From Eledone cirrhosa (lineage: Eukaryota), in the NCBI GenBank assembly GCA_964016885.1, contig OZ024754.1:5766001-5830000 (forward strand): DNA of 64,000 nt, read 5' to 3'. Position 1 is the first letter of the stretch. Each line of letters starts with the position of its first letter. The notes beneath the pieces are model-generated. The model made no database searches. It saw nothing but the letters and a program-made list of their open reading frames with translations, and was not told the DNA's origin. The position numbers and the translations under genes are program-made. Of this stretch, positions 57,409 to 64,000 are shown piece after piece.

Positions 57409-57752
57409 TAATTAAAACGATGAATAAAAACAAAGAACAAGTTCCTTATATTAAAAAAATCATCATTTTACGATCGTTTCTAGGATATATATGCGTGTTG
57501 GTATGTATATCATATAGATCTATGTAAAAATTTTACAAACTATGAGAGGAAATATACATATACATTATTTCTGAAGACAGCATATATATGTGAAGGTATG
57601 TATATTTCCTCTGATAGTTTGTAAAATTTTTATATAGATCTATATGATATACATACCAACACACATATATCCTAGAAGCGATCGTAAAATGATGAATTTT
57701 TTAATATAAGGAACTTGTTCTTTGTTTTTATTCATTGTTTTTATTAATTTAT
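57403..57752. repeat. Inverted repeat, about 157-bp arms, CTGAAGA core-like motif in the spacer
   Basis: 57403-57560 versus 57597-57752 with several mismatches; spacer CTGAAGA-CAGCATATATATGT-GAAG. Confidence 0.88.
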
Positions 57753-58759
57753 CTTGACTCTGTTTTTCCTCTGATTTTCATCGAAAAATTTTTGAATACA
57801 TCTTCTCTTTTCATGATATTTGGATTACATTGAGTTCTTCATACGGATTGGATACTACCGTATATTTTAGTAGATTTATCTATATCTATATATATATTGT
57901 TATGTGTGTGTGTGTGTGTGTGGATAAGTGTGTAGTCCTACCAATTTGGATTCTCTCCCTTGAAGGCTGCTCCTGAAATTGCGAGGATAATTTCACCTGA
58001 TTGACATTCTCCCAACCACCCTACTCTCTCTCTCTATATATATATATATATCATTCATCCACTTTTTTATCTCTTTCTTCCTCACACTATACCCCTTTCT
58101 CTCTCACTCTTCCTTTCTTTCCCTCTCTCTCTCTCTCTCTATCTCTCTCTCTTTGTCATCCCTTCCCCTCTCCTGCCTCACAATGTCCATTTCACTTTCA
58201 TCCCCTGTGTCGTTTTCTCTTTCAGCACCATCATCATCATCATCACCATCATCATCACCATCACCATCATTATCATCAGTACCATCAACATCATCACCAC
58301 CACCATCGTTATCATCATCATCACCATCATCACCATCACCATCACCATCATCCTCATCATCATGTCCTTCTCCCTCTCTGCCCTCCATCTCCCTTATTAA
58401 CAGATAATTACCACCATCTGAATATGATATCCATAAGGAGTATAGTAGCGTCAACTGGTGAATAAACCTAAGGAGGTTTTCTTTCTGTTCAGGACTGCTG
58501 CTAATTATGTATACAAACTAAATAGAGCGTGGATGACACCATCTATAATTTACATCTACACCAAATGGCCGGTTTTTATAGACATTTGTTCTACCAAAGG
58601 CAAAGAACACACATTGTCTGTACAGCTAGCTCCTTCCTTACTGCTCTCTCTCTATATATATAACCCCTCCTCTATATAACCTCTCTCTCTCTCTCTCTGT
58701 CTATCTCTATCTATCTGTCTATATACCTATCTCTCTATTTCTCCCATTTTCTCTCTTTC

Positions 58760-59180
58760 AACTCTTAACATCCTGTAATGATTTTGTATAGAAACATCTA
58801 AAAAGTGTGTTTGTTAATTCAAATGTTTATAGTATCTTTACTAGTGGACAGATCGTGGTAATATTTTGCAGTATCAACTCTTAACATCCGCTAATGATTT
58901 AGCAGAAAATATCTAAAAAGTGTGTTTGGTAATTCAAATGTTTATAGTATCTTTACTAATTGACATATTACTGTGAAATCTTGTATATTACCTCTGAACA
59001 TTCTATAATGACTTAGTATAAAATAACTAAAAACATGTTTGTCAACTCAAAGGTTAATAGTATATTTACTATTGAACAGATAGCTGTGAACATCCATAAT
59101 ATTAACTCTTAACATCCTGTAATGATTTAGCAGCAAATATCTGAAAATATGTTTGTTAATTCAAATGTTTATAGTACCAT
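58760..59180. repeat. About 115-bp diverged tandem repeat (about 4 units)
   Basis: AACTCTTAACATCC..TAATGATTT..AATTCAAATGTTTATAGTA recurs at about 58760, 58876, 58990 and 59104. Confidence 0.85.
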
Positions 59181-59692
59181 CGTAGGGGATATATCATTTG
59201 AAAGTTTACAATAAATGAGTAAAGAATTTTAAAATAATGTAAGCATTTTTTTTCTGAAAACATTGTTGTATATAGCTGTTAACTACCTCTTAACATTCGC
59301 TAATGTTTTACCAAATTAATTGAGAGGCTTCTAGTTTTTACTATTGAGCAAAGCGTTGTGGAAATTTTCAGTATCAGATTAAAGACTTTAAAATGTGATA
59401 CCTGTCAAGAATGCTTTGCTAATGCCGTTTGTTGTGTTAGGCTGCGTTAAAAGTTAAAACTACACTGTGGTTACGTTAACTAGTCAATTAATTAGTTAGC
59501 TTAACTGCTTCGCTGTCTGTTAGTATTTGCTAGATATTTATCATTCCAAAGGCAATGAGAACAACATTGTAGAAAGTGTTAGAATGCCGACGAATGTGTG
59601 ATAGAATAGAAAGAGAAAGAGTATGTGTATGTGTGTGTTTGTGTTTGTGTGGGTGCTTGTGTGTCTGTGTGAGTATATATATATATATATAT

Positions 59693-59789
<97 letters not shown>

Positions 59790-59986
59790 TTTTTTATTAA
59801 TAAAAAAAACGAGATGCCCTACACGAGTGAAAGTATAAGGAAAAGAAATCGAAAATGCAATTGGAGTCGTTTAAAGAATATTTATTTGTTCCCTTTACCC
59901 GTTTCACAGTTCTTATACTTTTTTAAAGTAGAATTGAGATGGTGGGTTTGTGGTTTTTCTCGCATCTCTCTCTATCTCTCTCTCTC

Positions 59987-60096
<110 letters not shown>

Positions 60097-60261
60097 ACAA
60101 AGAAAGTATGGTAAGGAACCATATGGACCATAACGCACCAGAGTACTCGATACTTAGGGTAGTAGAGTGGGTAATAGGCAAAGAGTCAGGACCTCGACGG
60201 CTGAGCTCCAGCCATTTCGACAGCTAAACGTCCGGAGCTCAGCCGTCGGGGTCTTGACTAT

Positions 60262-60330
<69 letters not shown>

Positions 60331-60338
60331 GACGAGAA

Positions 60339-60385
60339 ATTGTCTGACGACCCTGTGATAAACACCGAAACTCCAGAGTAACAAT
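60339..60385 (+). ncRNA. Type I hammerhead motif (family D) in element 60327-60470
   Basis: ATTGT-CTGACGA(60344)-ccc TGT GATAA ACA cc-GAA-ACTC ca GAGT-A-ACAAT. Confidence 0.75.
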
Positions 60386-60555
60386 ATTTCCTATTTAATC
60401 TTAATAAAATGAATTAAATACATCGGTATTGAGTACTCTATTTTTCATCTATCAACCGCATACCGATGTATACATATATATAGAGAGAGAGGTAGAACAT
60501 TGGAAGGTAATATCCGTAGTGGTAGAGCACTCAGTCCATGGGACGAGTTAGGTAG

Positions 60556-60762
<207 letters not shown>

Positions 60763-61047
60763 ACTAGGGCTGGATTACCAAGTAGCGCCGATACTTCACA
60801 TTGTTTGAACACTCCACTGACTTTCTACCAGGTCAAAGGTCGAGGAAACATATGTGATTGAGGTTTGGCAAGGGACCACTCGAATTATCTACCCTTGAGA
60901 GAAAATAACGGAAATAATTTTGACATTTCTAAATTCAGCCTAGATAAAAATATACAAAGATAACTTATTTTTGGTATGTTTTCCTTTTTTCCTTTTTTTT
61001 TTCTTTTTCTTTTTCCATTGGATACACTTCTACCGCTATATCATTAT

Positions 61048-61082
<35 letters not shown>

Positions 61083-61115
61083 TATATATATATATGCATA
61101 TATATATATATATCC

Positions 61116-61152
<37 letters not shown>

Positions 61153-61156
61153 TATA

Positions 61157-61256
61157 CAGGGTGTCCCCCAAAAATGTATACACACTTCAATAGAATTCTA
61201 ATAAATATTGCCTGTACAGGTAATCAAAGTGTATATACATTTTTGGGAACACCCTG
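61157..61256. mobile_element. 100-bp Tc1/mariner-type MITE (relatives at 7179-7273, 22878-22958, 33985-34031, 45792-45870, 54932-55031)
   Basis: TIR CAGGGTGTCCC..AAAAATGTATACACACTT, TA target duplication. Confidence 0.88.
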
Positions 61257-62174
61257 TATATGTATATGTATGCGTGTGTGTGTGTGTGTTTGTGTGAGCA
61301 TGTGTGTGTGTCTGTATGTGTATGTGTATGTGTGTGTATGCGTATGTTTGTGTTTCTGTGTGTGTATGTGTCTGTGTGTGTCTGTATGTGTTTGTATGTG
61401 TATGTGTATGTGTGTGTGTGTAATACATATGTCTTAAATGCGAGTGTAAATATGTCTTAAAAGATACGATCGTCTGTATTTTACAGATTACAAGTAACTT
61501 CAACCTGGCTTTCATTTCAAATTCTATATTTGAATAAATTGAAATGCATATTAAACTTTACGAGAAAAAGATTTTAGAAAACACGTTTTTAACTGCGTCA
61601 TAAAAAGTACATGTAGACATTAAGCTACATATTTTTCTGTCCGTGGACAAAAACACGGGAATCAAGAGAACTAGTTTTTGCATTTTTAACGCTTCGTCAG
61701 AGGTCGCTTACTTAGTTTCCTGGCAGCAGTAAAACTAATAACCGCTTTATATTTTATTCACTATCTTCTGAATAAAGAAAGTATGTACACAATCATTCAC
61801 ACCCACACACACGCACACACACACTAACATACACAATCATTCACACATCACACACACACACGCATACACCCACACACATACACTATCATTCTCACACTCA
61901 CACACACAGACACACACACGCATACACGCACACACAATCCTTCACACACTCACCCACACACCCACCGGCGTACACACACACAGACACACAAAACAGTGTG
62001 TTCTATTATTATTTCTGGCAATATTTTAACAATATGACCCTCCCCAAATATAGCAATATATATATATGTGTGTGTGTGTTTGTATGTGTATGTATATATG
62101 TATGTACGTATGCATGTATATACGTATGTATGTATATACTATATGTATGTATGTATATGTGTATGTATATATAT

Positions 62175-62208
<34 letters not shown>

Positions 62209-62583
62209 GTCTATATAATACTATATATAACATTTTGGAAGTATCGGTAGAGGGTCGGACGCCATGCTTTGCAGCATAGAGTTACGCCCCTTTACAGTCT
62301 GAGTTCGAATCCCACCGAGGTTAACTTTGCCTTTCATCCTTACGGGGTCGATAAAATAAATACCAGTAATGCACTGGGTGATTGCTGGCCTTGTGCCAAA
62401 GGTAAAAACAATTATATATAACATTGCCACAAGACCGTAAAACTATTTTGACCTTGGCCTTGAGAAATTAGCGGATACTTGACAAAAGTATGTGCGTGTG
62501 TGTGTGTGTGTGTGTGTGTGAGTGAGAGAGGGAGAGGGAGAGAGGGAGAGACTGAGAGAGAGAATATTTATACGTGTGTGTGC

Positions 62584-62617
<34 letters not shown>

Positions 62618-62639
62618 CTGATAGAGAGAATATTTATAC

Positions 62640-62673
<34 letters not shown>

Positions 62674-62693
62674 CTGATAGAGAGAATATTTAT

Positions 62694-62740
<47 letters not shown>

Positions 62741-62872
62741 TTTATGAGTGAGAGACTGAGAAAGAGAGTATTTATACGTGTGTGTGTGTGTTTGTGAGAG
62801 AGCGAGAGAGAGAGACAGAGAGAGAATATTTATACGTGTGTGTGTGTGTGTGTGTATGTGTGTGTGTGTGTA

Positions 62873-62923
<51 letters not shown>

Positions 62924-63147
62924 ATAAGGAGAGAAAGAGTCAGAGAGAATGCGTACGATGGGTCAGTATAGGGAGGGAACTCTGACATAGTTGTATGTGA
63001 ACGAATACATAAATATGTACGTGGTTTCTGCCATATACTGGAAGATCTAATAACAACAGTAACGACAACAACAACAACAGTAACGACAGTAATAACAACA
63101 ACAATAACAGTAACAACAGTAACCACAGTAGCGACAACAACAATAAT

Positions 63148-63722
63148 AATAATTGTTTCTACTTTTGTCACAAGGCCAGCAATTATCTCAGTGTATTACT
63201 GGTACTTTATTTTATCGACCCCGTAAGGATGAAAGGCAAAGTTAACCTCGGCGGGATTTGAACTCAGAATGCAAAGGGCCATAACTCTATGATGCAAAGC
63301 ATTTTGTCCGGCGCTCTACCGATACTGCCAATCCAACAACAACAACAATAATAATTATTTCTATTTTAAGCACAAGACCAGCAATTTGAAGGGGGGGGGG
63401 GGAGTCGGTTAAGTCGACCCCAGTGTATTACTGGTGCTTTATTTTATCGAACCCGTAAGGATGAAAGGCTAAGCTAACTTCGGCGGGATTTGAACTCAGA
63501 ATGCAAAAGGCCGTAACTCTATGCCACTTTGCCGCTAAGCATGGTGTCCGACACTCTACCGATACAGTCAATCCACCGCCCTTCGGCGGGGTTTGAACTC
63601 AGAACCTAAAGAGCCGTAACTCTATGCCGTTAAGCACGGTGTCCGACATTCTACCGTTACTGCCAATCCAACCGGCCTTCGGCGATATTTGAACTCAGAA
63701 CCTAAAGAGCCATAACTCTATA
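63148..63722 (-). mobile_element. Tandem array of major-SINE copies and repeated SINE heads
   Basis: Two long copies plus two extra B-box/head modules (TTTGAACTCAGAA recurs 4 times). Confidence 0.88.
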
Positions 63723-64000
63723 CTGTATATTGCACCATCTACATTATCATGTATGGACGCCATGTTCAAGTAAGAGACAAGCAGATGATAATTAAGAGAG
63801 TTCTGAAGTCTTTCTCATCATAGTTAACAAAATGGGTTTTTTTTTATAGGAATTCTGCAAGATTGCTGTTGTTCTTGTAAATATTTAGCATCTGTCAGGA
63901 ATATAAAGAATATGTCAATATATAGAATAGACATTTATATCTCAAGGAAAATACTACGTTAGTCTTCCTGCTGTTTCTGCTATTACCTTCTTCCTTTCTT

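Noticed and set aside
61665-61706. Minus-strand CTGACGA-AGCG..TGC-AAAAACTAGT hammerhead-like string
   Set aside because: Lacks G12 and stem I pairing, and is not in a TA-flanked element.

Overview
Eukaryotic, AT-rich, microsatellite-saturated non-coding DNA with one 200-N gap (4476-4675). The dominant tRNA-derived SINE resembles octopus SINE consensus sequences, so a cephalopod host is inferred but not proven. No host protein-coding gene is recognisable, and nearly all listed ORFs are simple-repeat artefacts. The real coding remnants are 3' fragments of non-LTR retrotransposons: RTE, CR1, a Jockey/CR1-group element, and two R4/Dong-like RLE ends inserted in (CATA)n. The main result is a set of short (about 100-450 bp) non-coding elements from roughly 12 sequence-unrelated families, all embedded in (TA)n tracts. 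They carry type I hammerhead ribozyme motifs (intact, variant-core or half), and many are folded back into inverted repeats whose turning point lies at or beside the ribozyme. They look like non-autonomous Penelope-like or retrozyme-like RNA elements. All folds were assigned by eye and cleavage activity is untested.
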